Part shown: positions 16,734 through 28,087 of the stretch, piece by piece
How positions within the stretch are numbered: the stretch's first letter is position 1
Layout: each line of letters opens with the position of its first letter
Virus record (IMG/VR): IMGVR_UViG_3300037264_001145
Coordinates: 32,001 to 96,000 of that record
Direction: 5' to 3' (one strand)
Length of the DNA stretch: 64,000 nucleotides
DNA from: a virus
Made by a program: the position numbers and the translations under genes
The notes under the pieces: generated by a model
What the model was told of the DNA's origin: nothing
What the model saw: the letters and a program-made list of their open reading frames with translations, nothing else
Database searches by the model: none

Positions 16734-19700
16734 GTGGCAGCATTTGTTCTTGATGTCAATTTGCAGGTTCAAAAGGTTCTTGGCTTAGAGGCGGTTAAGC
16801 AGCAACTTGCTGGTGTTGACGGCTCTGCGGCCACTGTTGGTGTTGGCGTTAAGGGAGCGGCACAATCTGCAACTGCTCTTAACGCGACCGCTACTGCTGC
16901 AACGGCTGCGTCTGCAAGTATTGCAAATATAGGATTTGTTTCAAATAAATCGGAAGTAGAACTCGACAATCTTATAAAATCATTAAAATTATCTGGAGGC
17001 ACCATTGAAAAAACCGCTGGTCTTTTTGACGATTATGGTCATAGAGTAGGCTTGGCTGGAGCAAGATATTCTGCGTTTATTGCTGCTACTGCTATTCCAT
17101 TTGCCGGACTAGCTGCTTTAGGCGCTGGGGTACGGTCTATAGTAGAATTTGATAGTGCTATGATTAAATTATCTCAAATATTGCAACAACCACAAGATCA
17201 AATAGACGCCTTAAGAGAAAAAATGATTAAATTATCAACACAAACAGGAACGTCGCTAAAAGAGATATCTGATGCCGCCTCAACTCTTGCACAAGCTGGT
17301 TTTTTACAGAATACGGGAGATTTTGAAAAATTTCTGGAACCACTCGCCAAGGTTCCATTGCTTCCAACTTTCAAAGATATAGGACAAGCGACAGAAGGTG
17401 TTATTGCTGCGCTTGGTCAGTTTAAGGATGCCGCTCTTGAACCGATTGATGTATTGGACAAATTAACTAATGTTGCCGCTAAATTTGCTGTAGAATCATC
17501 GGACTTAAATACTGCTTTACAAATAGCTGGAGGAACATTTTCTCAACTTGGTGGAAGCATAGACGAATTTTTAGCTATATTCACTACCATAAGACAAACA
17601 ACGCGAGAAAACGCATCTTCTATCGCTACTGCGTTAAAAACTATTGCTACTAGACTTGCTCAACCAGTTACTATTGGTTTCTTGGAGGGGATAGGTGTTG
17701 CTGTTAAAAACGCCGAAGGAGAACTTCTTGGAGTGACTCAAATATTTGAAAATTTGCAAGAAGTTTTTAATGCGTCCGGAAAAGAACAACAAGCCAGAAT
17801 AGCAACACAGCTTGGTGGCGTTAGAAACGTTGGTCGTGTTTTAGCTGGTCTTAGAAACACCGATTTAACATCAGATGTTTTAAATGCTTCTTTAACTTCT
17901 TCCGGTACGGTTGCTGCTACTGCCGCAGAAGGAATGAAAAAATTAAGTGTGCAAATAGATCAGTTAATGGCAAGATTTATTGAATTAGCACAATCTTTAG
18001 CAGAACCATTGTTTATACCACTAATAGAGGGCGCGCTAGCTTTCGGAAACGCTATGGTTACTGTAATTGACGCCCTTGGACCAGCAATACCCTTGCTCGT
18101 ACAATTAATCGGAGTTGCCGCTGGACTAAAGATTTTTCAATTAGCTGCCGCCTCTATTGTAGCTTTTGGTCAATCGCTAGCTGCTCTTAAATTGCCTGGA
18201 ATAACCGCTGGATTAACTGGAATGGCGAATGCTGCCAAGGATATAAGCACGACAGCAGGAGGACAACAAGCCTTTGGTTTTGCTCAACCGCCTCCAGTTG
18301 CACAACAAGGCAAAGAACTGGTTACTGGTACGATTGGACAATTAGCTGGATTGTTAGCGGTAAAAGTAGCTACAGAACAACTAGCAGCCACTTTCGATAA
18401 AACTGATAATAGTGTTGTTAAGCTTGGTCTTAATGCTACGTCTACAGCGGCTACGCTCCTGGGTCTTGGTTCATTACTTGCTGGCAAATCTGTTGGTGGA
18501 CTGTTAAAGGGTGGCGCTTTTGGACTTTCTGGTGGAGCAATAGCTGGTGGTATCGCTGGTGTAGCCGGAGTTCAGGCTATTACAAGTCAATCAGACATAG
18601 ATATAGATGAGCTGGTTGCCAAAGCTGCAAAGACAATTAACGGTTTAGATATTAAAATAACCCAAGGAAGCGAAGAAGATTTAAGCAAAGCCGTTGATCA
18701 ATTGTCACAACCAATAGGTAGAGCTTTTCAAGGTATCGCAGACGAATTTGATATTGGTACTTTTGCTGGTTTTGCTCGTTCCGCTGCTGATCATCTTAAA
18801 AAGTTTTTTACTTTAGACGTAGACGCATTAGGTTTAGATACATCTGATGTTGTAACTACTGGGGGAGCTATAACCAATAAACAAGTTGAAAAATTTATTA
18901 AGGATATGCTTGGTTCAAACGGAGAAAAAGGAAACAAAATATTATCAGAAGCAATATTTGAATTTGGTTCCGATTTTTCGTCGGGGTTGCAGGGAAATTT
19001 AGAAAAATCTCTTGCTCCGTTCGCCGGTCTTGGGGTTGATATCGGAAAACTTGCTTCAAAAATTAGAGAAGAAATAGTTTCCCGCGCTGGTGGGATAGAA
19101 GGTTTAGCAAATCTTGCTAGAGAAGCACAGAAAAAAGCTGAAAACAAATTACTATCAGACAATTTTAAAAAGATTGCCGATGATTTAAAAAATCTTATAA
19201 TACCACAACAACTTGGTGGAGACTTAAGATTACTAGCTGAAGCAGTAAAAGAAACTGTTAAAATAATAAGTAGTGAAAATAGTACTTTTGATCAACTTTT
19301 TGGAACGGTTGGGAAAATAGCTACTCCAAAACTACCTACGAATATTGGAGAAGATGCTACAAAAGGTTTACTTAGACAGGGTGGAGGAGAAGGTGTTTTT
19401 GGGAAAGGAAATTTCGCGCAACTTGATAAGGCTACCCAAGAATTACTGAGATCGCAAAAGGGTATTGCTGATTTTCAAACAGCGGCAGAAGACATGTTCG
19501 CACAGATATCTAAAGGACTTGGTGGACTAGATTTTAATAACATAAGAGTTTTTGACGAGTTTACCAAAGATTTTCTAGCCAATAAAGGACTAGAGCTACC
19601 ACCAGAAACGAAAAAGGCTATTCAAGGTATAGCTCCTGCGTTAGCACAGAAATATAGTGAAGCAATAAGCGCTGGCAGAGCAGGACTAACAGACAAAGAA

Positions 19701-21701
19701 ATAGAAAGTACAATGGAGCAACTTTTTGAGCCACTGCAAAATATTCCAGATGTAGTTGTCAACAGTGCAAGGGAATTGATTAATGCTTCGAATGAAAAAG
19801 CTAATCGGCAACTTGAACTTTTGGACGCAAAGGCTCAAGTTGTAGCTACAGAGACCATCGCGCCACAAACAAGATTAGATGTAATTGCCGCAACGATAGA
19901 CCAACTTGGTCTCTCGGCATCAACCGCAAACACAGACATCCAAAGATTAGCTCAAGGAATGAGGGAAATTCCTGATGCTGACGATATTGGAACGACCGGG
20001 GGTAGAACTCAACGAGCTCCGTTTAATCGAAATCCAGAACAATCCTTGGATAATTTGGCTACAGACACTAAGTTTGCTACTGAATTAACCGATAAATACG
20101 CGGAATCTTTAGCTAGATCGGGAGCGGCACAGAAAAATTATAACGATATTTTCAACAATGTTATTCCTGGAAACCTTAAAGATGCTGAAAATGCTGTAAT
20201 GGATGCTAATGTTGAGCTAAGAGCTTTTAAATCATTAATAATAGAACTTGGCAGAGAAGTGGGTGTTGCTCGTAGTAATCCCATTAAAGGAGGGTCACAA
20301 GATACTCCATCCCAAGCGGACGATGTTGCTAGACAAAACAGGGCTAGGTCAAGGAATCTTGATGCTGTGCAGGAGATACTTGGACCTGTTGCCAAACTAC
20401 TAGAATTGAATGCCGTTGCCTCCGACTCTCAAATTTTTATGGATGCCAACATAATATTCAAGAATAGTGTTGATAGACTAGTTAGTGGTATATCTAGCAG
20501 TATTGATAAGTTAAATCAATTCATTGCTAATGCCGCTGTCGGAACAAAAGACGCGAGAGTTAAGCAATCTGAACCTTTTGATCAAAAAACTAATGGAAAT
20601 GTTCGTTTCGTACAAGACAGAGACGAAAAAGGAAACCCCACAGGTTTGAAAATTGTTCCGGGAGATTCGGATAAAGTAGTTAACAAAATATCCGAAATGA
20701 CTATTGCTGTGAATAAACTTGTTGATACTAGAAGACAAGAAGATCAGCGTGAACTTCAGAGGATGTCACGAACAGGCGATCCAGGTTTTGGACCAAATAT
20801 AGGAATAGACTTTAAAGACATTTCTAATCCATTAAGGGAAGTTGAAGAGGCTATAGTAGATCTTCCTGAAATGATAGCGGAAGAAAACAAAAGAAATCCG
20901 GGTGGACCGCTTAGTCCTCTTGGCACTGACAAGGCAGATATTGGGAAAAATCTTGGTTTCAACGCTACCAAAGGCGGGGGCGTAGAAATATTTCCTAGCG
21001 AAGAGATTAAAGAACTACTGGAAGGCGGTATTAAACCATCAAAGGGCATTAGACCAGAAGATATTGGAGGAGCAGAGAATGATGGTCCTGGGGCAAGCGC
21101 GGATGAAATCGGTGGAGCAGAACAATTCGCGGGCGGGGCGCAGATGTTCGAGTCTGCTGTACAATTTCTATCAGACTCTTTGGCTCCTTTGGATGGTGCT
21201 GTAGAAGGTATACGACTAGCAAATGAAACGCAAGCGTCAGTAGCCGCCGAAACTAACGCATCTTTTCTGTCTAGCTTATCGGAACAAATTTCGACAATGC
21301 TTGCGTCAATGCAACCTGGTGGTCCAGTAGATTCAGTCGCTCCAACAACTCCAACAAATGATGGTGCGGCTGAAGCCGCTACAGCACAACAAGTTGCTGC
21401 TACTAATGCAAATAGTCAAAAATTAGATAGTGTGGGAACTGAAATGGCAGGTGTTTCTAGCAAATTAGACCAAACAGCAGGTGCTTTAGCAAAAGGCATT
21501 AGTGTTCAAGTAAACGCTGTACAAAAAGTTAATGTAGATGTTACTGGTGTTTCACAAGAAATAGAAGGGATAGGAGAGCAATTTGCAGATGCAGCAAGGG
21601 CGATTGCAAAAGAACTGATTAATCAAGTGTTAAGCGATTTGGCTGCTGCTGCTGCAAGCACAGATGAATCCAATAATTTAGAAGGGGCAAAACTTTCATA
21701 A
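16734..21701 (+). CDS. Tail tape measure protein (TP901-type core)
   Basis: 1655 aa, Ala/Gly/Leu-rich helical; EFDSAMIKLSQ...STQTGTSLKEISDAASTLAQAGF...DKLTNVA..FAV...DL..AL core typical of TP901-family TMPs. Confidence 0.9.
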   Translation: MAAFVLDVNLQVQKVLGLEAVKQQLAGVDGSAATVGVGVKGAAQSATALNATATAATAASASIANIGFVSNKSEVELDNLIKSLKLSGGTIEKTAGLFDDYGHRVGLAGARYSAFIAATAIPFAGLAALGAGVRSIVEFDSAMIKLSQILQQPQDQIDALREKMIKLSTQTGTSLKEISDAASTLAQAGFLQNTGDFEKFLEPLAKVPLLPTFKDIGQATEGVIAALGQFKDAALEPIDVLDKLTNVAAKFAVESSDLNTALQIAGGTFSQLGGSIDEFLAIFTTIRQTTRENASSIATALKTIATRLAQPVTIGFLEGIGVAVKNAEGELLGVTQIFENLQEVFNASGKEQQARIATQLGGVRNVGRVLAGLRNTDLTSDVLNASLTSSGTVAATAAEGMKKLSVQIDQLMARFIELAQSLAEPLFIPLIEGALAFGNAMVTVIDALGPAIPLLVQLIGVAAGLKIFQLAAASIVAFGQSLAALKLPGITAGLTGMANAAKDISTTAGGQQAFGFAQPPPVAQQGKELVTGTIGQLAGLLAVKVATEQLAATFDKTDNSVVKLGLNATSTAATLLGLGSLLAGKSVGGLLKGGAFGLSGGAIAGGIAGVAGVQAITSQSDIDIDELVAKAAKTINGLDIKITQGSEEDLSKAVDQLSQPIGRAFQGIADEFDIGTFAGFARSAADHLKKFFTLDVDALGLDTSDVVTTGGAITNKQVEKFIKDMLGSNGEKGNKILSEAIFEFGSDFSSGLQGNLEKSLAPFAGLGVDIGKLASKIREEIVSRAGGIEGLANLAREAQKKAENKLLSDNFKKIADDLKNLIIPQQLGGDLRLLAEAVKETVKIISSENSTFDQLFGTVGKIATPKLPTNIGEDATKGLLRQGGGEGVFGKGNFAQLDKATQELLRSQKGIADFQTAAEDMFAQISKGLGGLDFNNIRVFDEFTKDFLANKGLELPPETKKAIQGIAPALAQKYSEAISAGRAGLTDKEIESTMEQLFEPLQNIPDVVVNSARELINASNEKANRQLELLDAKAQVVATETIAPQTRLDVIAATIDQLGLSASTANTDIQRLAQGMREIPDADDIGTTGGRTQRAPFNRNPEQSLDNLATDTKFATELTDKYAESLARSGAAQKNYNDIFNNVIPGNLKDAENAVMDANVELRAFKSLIIELGREVGVARSNPIKGGSQDTPSQADDVARQNRARSRNLDAVQEILGPVAKLLELNAVASDSQIFMDANIIFKNSVDRLVSGISSSIDKLNQFIANAAVGTKDARVKQSEPFDQKTNGNVRFVQDRDEKGNPTGLKIVPGDSDKVVNKISEMTIAVNKLVDTRRQEDQRELQRMSRTGDPGFGPNIGIDFKDISNPLREVEEAIVDLPEMIAEENKRNPGGPLSPLGTDKADIGKNLGFNATKGGGVEIFPSEEIKELLEGGIKPSKGIRPEDIGGAENDGPGASADEIGGAEQFAGGAQMFESAVQFLSDSLAPLDGAVEGIRLANETQASVAAETNASFLSSLSEQISTMLASMQPGGPVDSVAPTTPTNDGAAEAATAQQVAATNANSQKLDSVGTEMAGVSSKLDQTAGALAKGISVQVNAVQKVNVDVTGVSQEIEGIGEQFADAARAIAKELINQVLSDLAAAAASTDESNNLEGAKLS

Positions 21702-21716
21702 AAGGAGTATGAGACA

Positions 21717-22532
21717 ATGGCAATTACATCGTTAGACGGTATTATCGCAGGTATGCAACCACCGGAGGATTTTTTGAAGGTCGGTGGAACAATGGAGGCT
21801 GCTGGGGTTCATTATTCTCCATTCTACGTATCTGGTAGACCGGGGGCGGCAACTGCACCAACTGGTTTGAATGGAACGGCCCTAACATCTTATGCTGGCC
21901 AAATTCCATTTCGCAATCCCACTAGTGGCAACTCTTATTTAGCAAGATTTTTTGCCGTAGCTGGTTTGACTGGCATTGCAATTCTTTGTGATAGATTGTG
22001 GCATAATGGTAGTATAAATGCCGCTACCACTACGGAACAAGCAATTACATTTCCAGGTTTGCCCGCAAGATGTCCTCCGGCAACAGGAAGTACTCCAGAT
22101 GCCAGTGGATATAATATTATGTGTGGAATAGAACTTTCTACTGGCGGCGCTGCTGGTGCTATCACAAATACCACACTTAATTATACTAACCAAGCAGGAA
22201 CAACTGGTAGAACTGGAACAATTGCTAGTTTTCCAGCAACTCCACAAGCTGGTACGTTTGTTCCATTTCAACTTCAAGCGGGCGACACTGGTATTCAAGC
22301 AATTGCAGGTATTACGCTTGGAACATCTTATGGTTCAGCGGTTCCTCATTTGGTGATGTATCGTATTCTTGCTCGCGTTGCTGTTCCGGATGTGATAATA
22401 GGAGGTACGGTAGACGCCATAAGTAGCGGCTTCCCTCGATTATATGACGATACAGTTCCATTTTTATTGTGGCTACCTTCGGCTGCTACGGCGATTACTC
22501 TTCAGGGGCATATGATTGTAACGCAAGGATAA
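21717..22532 (+). CDS. Minor tail/virion protein
   Basis: RBS aggag; Gly/Ala/Thr-rich; follows the TMP. Confidence 0.55.
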   Translation: MAITSLDGIIAGMQPPEDFLKVGGTMEAAGVHYSPFYVSGRPGAATAPTGLNGTALTSYAGQIPFRNPTSGNSYLARFFAVAGLTGIAILCDRLWHNGSINAATTTEQAITFPGLPARCPPATGSTPDASGYNIMCGIELSTGGAAGAITNTTLNYTNQAGTTGRTGTIASFPATPQAGTFVPFQLQAGDTGIQAIAGITLGTSYGSAVPHLVMYRILARVAVPDVIIGGTVDAISSGFPRLYDDTVPFLLWLPSAATAITLQGHMIVTQG

Positions 22533-22535
22533 CAC

Positions 22536-23603
22536 ATGGCTACCATCAATGGACGTGGAGATTTTCCATTTTCCTCTGTGTGGCCCACAAGGATAGGTCT
22601 TACTCCGGAACAATTTAGGGGCAATTCTGATCAAGACCTTCAAACAGCTTTAGAGCAATGGTTCTTTCAACTCGGAGTCCCCATCAATGATTCTATAGGA
22701 CTGCGTATATCCACCATAGATTTCTGGTATAGTCCGTTAGATCTTTTTATCCCAGGTTACGATACAAAGTCTAACGAAGTTCCATTATTCATTTTTAATT
22801 CAGAAACAATAACTACAAGTGGTGATCTTTTTATTAATGGATACGATTTTGTTTCTGGAACAATAGGTCTCGTGGCCCTTAATCTAATACCAGCAACTGG
22901 GCAACTAAACCTTGTCATTCACGCCCCCCTGCCATCGAGCGGAACTTTTCCTTTATTTATAACTGGTTATAGGGAATCAATTCAGACAACCTTGTTCATG
23001 GCAGTAGATTCTAAAGACATAGCTACAAGTAGATCTTTCCATATCTACGGATCTCCAATAGGCGTAGATTATAGTTTCACAGGACAAAAGATTCCATTAT
23101 TTGTAAAAAGTAAAGTCGCGGATACCATATGGCCTCCGTTGGCATATAGCGTAACGTCCTTATTCATGCAAGCTATTGATGGAACTACAAGCAATAATGC
23201 GTACTGGTCACTATTTTTAAATTCAAACACCGTAATCAATAATGATTTAAGTCTTTACGTAAGCACTTACGAGCCAATAGTAAGTGGGACTATGGATTTA
23301 TTCATTGCTAGAATTCCAGACTATCCAGCACAAGATGGTTACACTCCGATAAATACTTATCAAACACTATTTCTTGAGACGCTGCCTGGAACACAACAAG
23401 AATTAGAACTATATATTTCTGGTATACCCGGACCATCTAACGAACAGATAGATTGTTTTGTAAAAGGTATTCTTGGTATTAATGACACTTTACCATTATT
23501 GTTGTATGGTATTTCTGGTGCGATTAATGATAGTGTGGATTTGTGTCTTTATGGAATTGGCGAACTTTCCGATCCCATAAGCTTATTTGTTAGGGGGTAC
23601 TAA
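22536..23603 (+). CDS. Tail protein with degenerate DLFIxG repeats
   Basis: PLDLFIPG, GDLFING, PLFITG, MDLFIA, ELYISG, SLFVRGY units. Confidence 0.6.
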   Translation: MATINGRGDFPFSSVWPTRIGLTPEQFRGNSDQDLQTALEQWFFQLGVPINDSIGLRISTIDFWYSPLDLFIPGYDTKSNEVPLFIFNSETITTSGDLFINGYDFVSGTIGLVALNLIPATGQLNLVIHAPLPSSGTFPLFITGYRESIQTTLFMAVDSKDIATSRSFHIYGSPIGVDYSFTGQKIPLFVKSKVADTIWPPLAYSVTSLFMQAIDGTTSNNAYWSLFLNSNTVINNDLSLYVSTYEPIVSGTMDLFIARIPDYPAQDGYTPINTYQTLFLETLPGTQQELELYISGIPGPSNEQIDCFVKGILGINDTLPLLLYGISGAINDSVDLCLYGIGELSDPISLFVRGY

Positions 23604-25321
23604 TGGCTAGAGTAATATATGACGGGAAAGCTATAATTCCGGCACCACTAGTGCAAGTGACCAAAGATTATATTAGAACACAAGATGGCACAAAAATAAG
23701 TGCTCTCTGGGGGATTGAACTAACTGGTACAGCCCTACCATTCAGAGGATCTCCTAGTGGCAATTTTGTTTCACCAGCAAATGCTTTTTGGACATTGGCC
23801 GGTGATCCTCCGGACGAAACTTTTGCAGATAACGACGGCGCTTTTTCAAGCCTGGTAAAAAAAGAAGAAGCCCTTAGATATTTATTTAGTTTCGATGGAC
23901 AGTTATTAGAATTGTATGCTGGCGCTTCTCCGGCTACTATAAGATGTAATCCTAGAGTTGTTTCGGTAGAATTTTCGTCGGGTCAGTGGGTTGATAGATT
24001 AGAATATTCTATAAGATTAGAGGCCGATTGGGTACAGATTGCCGGTTTAGCAAAAAGTACGGAAGATACTTTTGAAGTTGAGTTGATAAGTGACGGGCAA
24101 GAAAAATGGTCTTTTAACGAAGTAACTGGACAAAGTGGTGTGATCCAAGAAGTTTCTCATACTATCACAGCCCAAGGTATTTTAGGGTATGACGCAACAG
24201 GACTTCCTTATTCTGGCGCTGGAGAAACAGCGGGTGGAGAGGCGTGGAAGCACGCGAAGACTTGGTGTGACAATAGGGTGCTTGGGTTTGTTGATCCCGA
24301 TGTGATGCTTGCTGTTCTTGGTGTGACAGGGTTAATTGGTGGGTCTTATGTAAAAAGTTCTAGCATGGGGGAACTCGATGGAGAATATTCCGTTACAGAG
24401 GAGTGGGTTTTATCTCCTCAAAACTATTTTATAGAAAAATCATTTTCGTATAATAGAAACAGGGATGGTGTCATAAGCGTAGATTATGATGGAAAAATTA
24501 TGGGGTTAGAGGACGGAGAAGCAACTGGTGGACCTCTAGCTATAGCAAATGCTAAAGCTGCTATTCCTTCAGATGCCACGGCAAAGACAGAGACAGAACA
24601 GGCTCTTTTAGGAATGTTGGGAACTTTTGTCTTAGGAGTTTCTCCGTCAGAGAAGAAAATTGTTATTGATAATGGAACCGCCGTAATAGACTTCTCTTTT
24701 GGTTGGACGGCTGATGACGAGGAAGAATATACAAGAAAATGTGAAGCGGGTCTTAGTTTCAATATTAATGATTCAACTTACACACTGACTTATAGTTGCG
24801 ATATTGAGGGTCATGGAGACACACCAGAAGACAGACTTGCCAACGCAGAACTTGGAATATTGAACGATGTAGATGCGAGAGCAGCGGCCATCGCGTTAAT
24901 TGGAACCTCCCTCCCTGTCGGTGTCACAATAGCTACGGATTTTCAATCATCTTCTGTATCCAAGAATGAAACCGAAGGAAGTGTTAGATTTTCTTATTCG
25001 TGGAAAAATGATGATGATGAATTCGGAAAATATGAAATTTCTATTGATATAGATTTCCCGCACGATGTCGTTGCTATACTACCAATCCCCGGAAGGGGAG
25101 CCGGACCAATCATCCAAGACATGGAAACAGTAACCCCACAGATAGTTACCGTCTCGCTTAATAGTCTTGGAAACGACACTAAACCAGATAACGCGACTAT
25201 TATTGGAATCATAGAAAATGCGGCTGGTTTTGCTGGTACGTGGCTATTACAAAATGATAAAGAAAATTATTCCCCAACAAGTAAGAAGTACACAAGGACA
25301 AGATCTTATTTAGTTGATTAG
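23603..25321 (+). CDS. Tail tip/distal tail-like protein
   Basis: Beta-rich, acidic, with internally repeated ...AI.NAK/NAE..I...A.A units; position after the TMP. Confidence 0.5.
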   Translation: MARVIYDGKAIIPAPLVQVTKDYIRTQDGTKISALWGIELTGTALPFRGSPSGNFVSPANAFWTLAGDPPDETFADNDGAFSSLVKKEEALRYLFSFDGQLLELYAGASPATIRCNPRVVSVEFSSGQWVDRLEYSIRLEADWVQIAGLAKSTEDTFEVELISDGQEKWSFNEVTGQSGVIQEVSHTITAQGILGYDATGLPYSGAGETAGGEAWKHAKTWCDNRVLGFVDPDVMLAVLGVTGLIGGSYVKSSSMGELDGEYSVTEEWVLSPQNYFIEKSFSYNRNRDGVISVDYDGKIMGLEDGEATGGPLAIANAKAAIPSDATAKTETEQALLGMLGTFVLGVSPSEKKIVIDNGTAVIDFSFGWTADDEEEYTRKCEAGLSFNINDSTYTLTYSCDIEGHGDTPEDRLANAELGILNDVDARAAAIALIGTSLPVGVTIATDFQSSSVSKNETEGSVRFSYSWKNDDDEFGKYEISIDIDFPHDVVAILPIPGRGAGPIIQDMETVTPQIVTVSLNSLGNDTKPDNATIIGIIENAAGFAGTWLLQNDKENYSPTSKKYTRTRSYLVD

Positions 25322-25330
25322 GAGAAAGAA

Positions 25331-28084
25331 ATGGCTGACACATATACTGAAATAACATCGTCTATACAAGAGACCTTTTTTGGCTTAACACTCCAGAGAT
25401 TAAATATAGACTTTGGTATTGGAGACAGTAACGGAAACGCATACACTTTTACTTTGGTAAGAGAAGATGGTCAAATATTTGCATTGAGAAATATTGACTT
25501 CACAAACGGAGTGGCTCCCTTATACCATTTTTTGTTCGGTAATATAGATATTATTGGAGCCTTGGTCTCGTGGGAAGAAAATATTATTGATATAAATGGT
25601 AATTCTATTTTTACGGTAAAATTAGCCCAATACAAAGAAATTTTTCTTGGTTCGTTTACAATAGTAGAAGATGATGAAATAGAAGCTCCTGTACTTTTTG
25701 GTAATATTATTAAAATAAATACTATTCTTGTCACAGATTCAGAATTTGGTGGAGTTACCTACACCAATGATCCAGCACTCGACGAGGGTACAACGGAACT
25801 TGTGGGGGGTGATGGGGCGGGGGATGAACCTTTTAATCTTGGTGGTGGTGGTGGTGGTGGTAGTAGTTCTTGCGTAGCAGATAAATGTACAGAAGAAGAA
25901 ACTGGCACTAGCGACCAAGAAGTTGTTGGCCCAGACATTGCGCAAATCTTTAATTTATTTGCCGGTAGAATTTTTATGGTCGGCGAAAAACAAGTAATGT
26001 TTAATTTTCTTAATATACTTTCCTTTAATCTGTACAGGATTCCAGTGGATGGAGAGGAATTAACTTTGTTAAATGTTATTGATTCCTATGCCGAAGACCA
26101 GGATTTTACTTATCACTTAGGTTTCGAAGTAGTGAACAACGTTTATATTATTTCTTTTATCAAAAACAAAGGCATTAATGAATTAAGTCGTTCTTCTGTA
26201 AATTTTACCAATGTTTTAGACGCTCTTAGAAGTGCTCATGAAGGCGAGATTATGACTTTCAAAAAAGGTCATTCTATTACAGAAGGTTTTTCTCAACAAT
26301 ATGGAATCGAATCAATAGTTCTCGATTTCTTCATGCAAGATGTTGTTACTGTTGTTCGTGGTGGATTAATAACGGATTTTCTTAATTTTACCGAAGTCGA
26401 TATTATACCATTTTTTGGACTTTCCGAGGGTGGTGTTATTGTTGAACAACCAGACCAGGACACACTTGAGAGAATGGAGAGAATATTAAATGACGAAGAA
26501 GAAGCACCACCAGCAAATACTCGAATTAGCCAATTGATGTCTCGTTGGGGTAAAGAATTTTATGTAAATAGACGAAGATTGACACAACTTCTACCGTATA
26601 CAGAAGAACAATTAGCTGCTGTTGCCTTAGAAGAACAGGCTATGATTGATTTTATAGTTGCTATGTTAGCATATTTCAACGCCCTTCCGGTTAGACAAAT
26701 TGGGGATGCCGCAAGAGATGGTCGTGCGGAGCTCATAACTTTTATGGATGCATATATTATTGCAGTACCAGATGTTATCGACCAAGCTATTGAAGATATT
26801 AAAAATATTATGAATGTCGATAATTATAATAACACCCTTAGTCTTGCGGCTGAATTTAATGTTCAAATAAATAGTTATACTCCTGGGTATCCTTCTGTAG
26901 ATAGTATTTCTGCTGTTATAGGAACAAAATTAAGTTTAAATTCTACTGCGGATCTTCTTCAACAAAGAGAAGTAAGTGTATCTATACCAGACACAACAAG
27001 AGTATTATTTTCCTGTTTTCCGGTTGTTGATCATCCACTCATGGAAGATTCTATTGCTCAGGGCTTACTTAAAGATGGAGTTGGACGATGGCATTCTTAT
27101 GTTCAATTACCATCACTTAATAATAGTGATTCAACATCTAGTTATACGTGGCAATCCGCCAAGGCTATATTATCTGATGGAAACTATTTTACTAAAGTTG
27201 AACATTTCAAAAGTGGAGACATATACATTATTAGATTGGAGGATCAATTAGTACAAATACAAACAACTGCCGACGGCGAGACATCTCGTTTGACAGTACC
27301 AACAACCTTGTCGCAAACGTTTCTGTCTAGCGCAAGTCCCAATAAAAGATACGGTCCATTTATTTTTCTAGATGGTAAATTAATAGATGAACAAAGTAGT
27401 AAATATCAAAATGCATTAGACGATCCAAGATATAGAATTAAAAATATTAATAATAATAATTTGATTCCAGAAAATTTTAGTAATAAAGGAACTCTTTCTT
27501 ATACTGATACTTATGAAGCAATGGAAAATTTTGTTGTAAGAAATATAAGTGTTTTTGAATCTCACGTACAACTATTACAATCTTTTGGTTCGGTAGAAGT
27601 TGCTGGATTACCAGTATCATTAGCTTTTGATGGAACAATTTTTCGAGATGGTAGTTTTGTTGATAGAATTGCTATTAATTTTGATGTAGGTGGTATAAAA
27701 ACCGTTTATCAAGTAAAATCAAAAGACCCCAAAGGAAAATCAAAGAAAAGACCAGAGAAAAAAACAATAGATGTTCCTAAAACACCGTGCGAAGAACCAG
27801 AGCCAAGTAAAATGGGAAGAGGGGGTAAAGCTATAATTACAGGCAATGGTGGATCAGGTAGTTTTAATGTTGGTGGATATTTTTGTGAATTGGTTGGTGC
27901 TACTGATCTGGGTGTCAGAAGAAACTATGATGCAGAAAATACAGCAGAATGGAATATTGGCCAAGGACATCTTCCTATCGGAACTTTTGTTAGTCTTGAA
28001 GTCTATAGAGAAACCGAATGTGGTCCAGACTTAGCAAGATTTAGTTATCCACTAGAAGTATTTTCTCCTCCGGCGGAAGAATAA
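25331..28084 (+). CDS. Large tail tip/hub-like protein
   Basis: 917 aa, RBS ggag; position; poly-Gly linker. Confidence 0.5.
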   Translation: MADTYTEITSSIQETFFGLTLQRLNIDFGIGDSNGNAYTFTLVREDGQIFALRNIDFTNGVAPLYHFLFGNIDIIGALVSWEENIIDINGNSIFTVKLAQYKEIFLGSFTIVEDDEIEAPVLFGNIIKINTILVTDSEFGGVTYTNDPALDEGTTELVGGDGAGDEPFNLGGGGGGGSSSCVADKCTEEETGTSDQEVVGPDIAQIFNLFAGRIFMVGEKQVMFNFLNILSFNLYRIPVDGEELTLLNVIDSYAEDQDFTYHLGFEVVNNVYIISFIKNKGINELSRSSVNFTNVLDALRSAHEGEIMTFKKGHSITEGFSQQYGIESIVLDFFMQDVVTVVRGGLITDFLNFTEVDIIPFFGLSEGGVIVEQPDQDTLERMERILNDEEEAPPANTRISQLMSRWGKEFYVNRRRLTQLLPYTEEQLAAVALEEQAMIDFIVAMLAYFNALPVRQIGDAARDGRAELITFMDAYIIAVPDVIDQAIEDIKNIMNVDNYNNTLSLAAEFNVQINSYTPGYPSVDSISAVIGTKLSLNSTADLLQQREVSVSIPDTTRVLFSCFPVVDHPLMEDSIAQGLLKDGVGRWHSYVQLPSLNNSDSTSSYTWQSAKAILSDGNYFTKVEHFKSGDIYIIRLEDQLVQIQTTADGETSRLTVPTTLSQTFLSSASPNKRYGPFIFLDGKLIDEQSSKYQNALDDPRYRIKNINNNNLIPENFSNKGTLSYTDTYEAMENFVVRNISVFESHVQLLQSFGSVEVAGLPVSLAFDGTIFRDGSFVDRIAINFDVGGIKTVYQVKSKDPKGKSKKRPEKKTIDVPKTPCEEPEPSKMGRGGKAIITGNGGSGSFNVGGYFCELVGATDLGVRRNYDAENTAEWNIGQGHLPIGTFVSLEVYRETECGPDLARFSYPLEVFSPPAEE

Positions 28085-28087
28085 TTT

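Noticed and set aside
25841-25861. (GGT)7 microsatellite and nearby G-runs as a contingency locus or G-quadruplex
   Set aside because: It is an in-frame triplet repeat encoding a poly-Gly linker; length change would not shift frame and the G-run pattern is weak.
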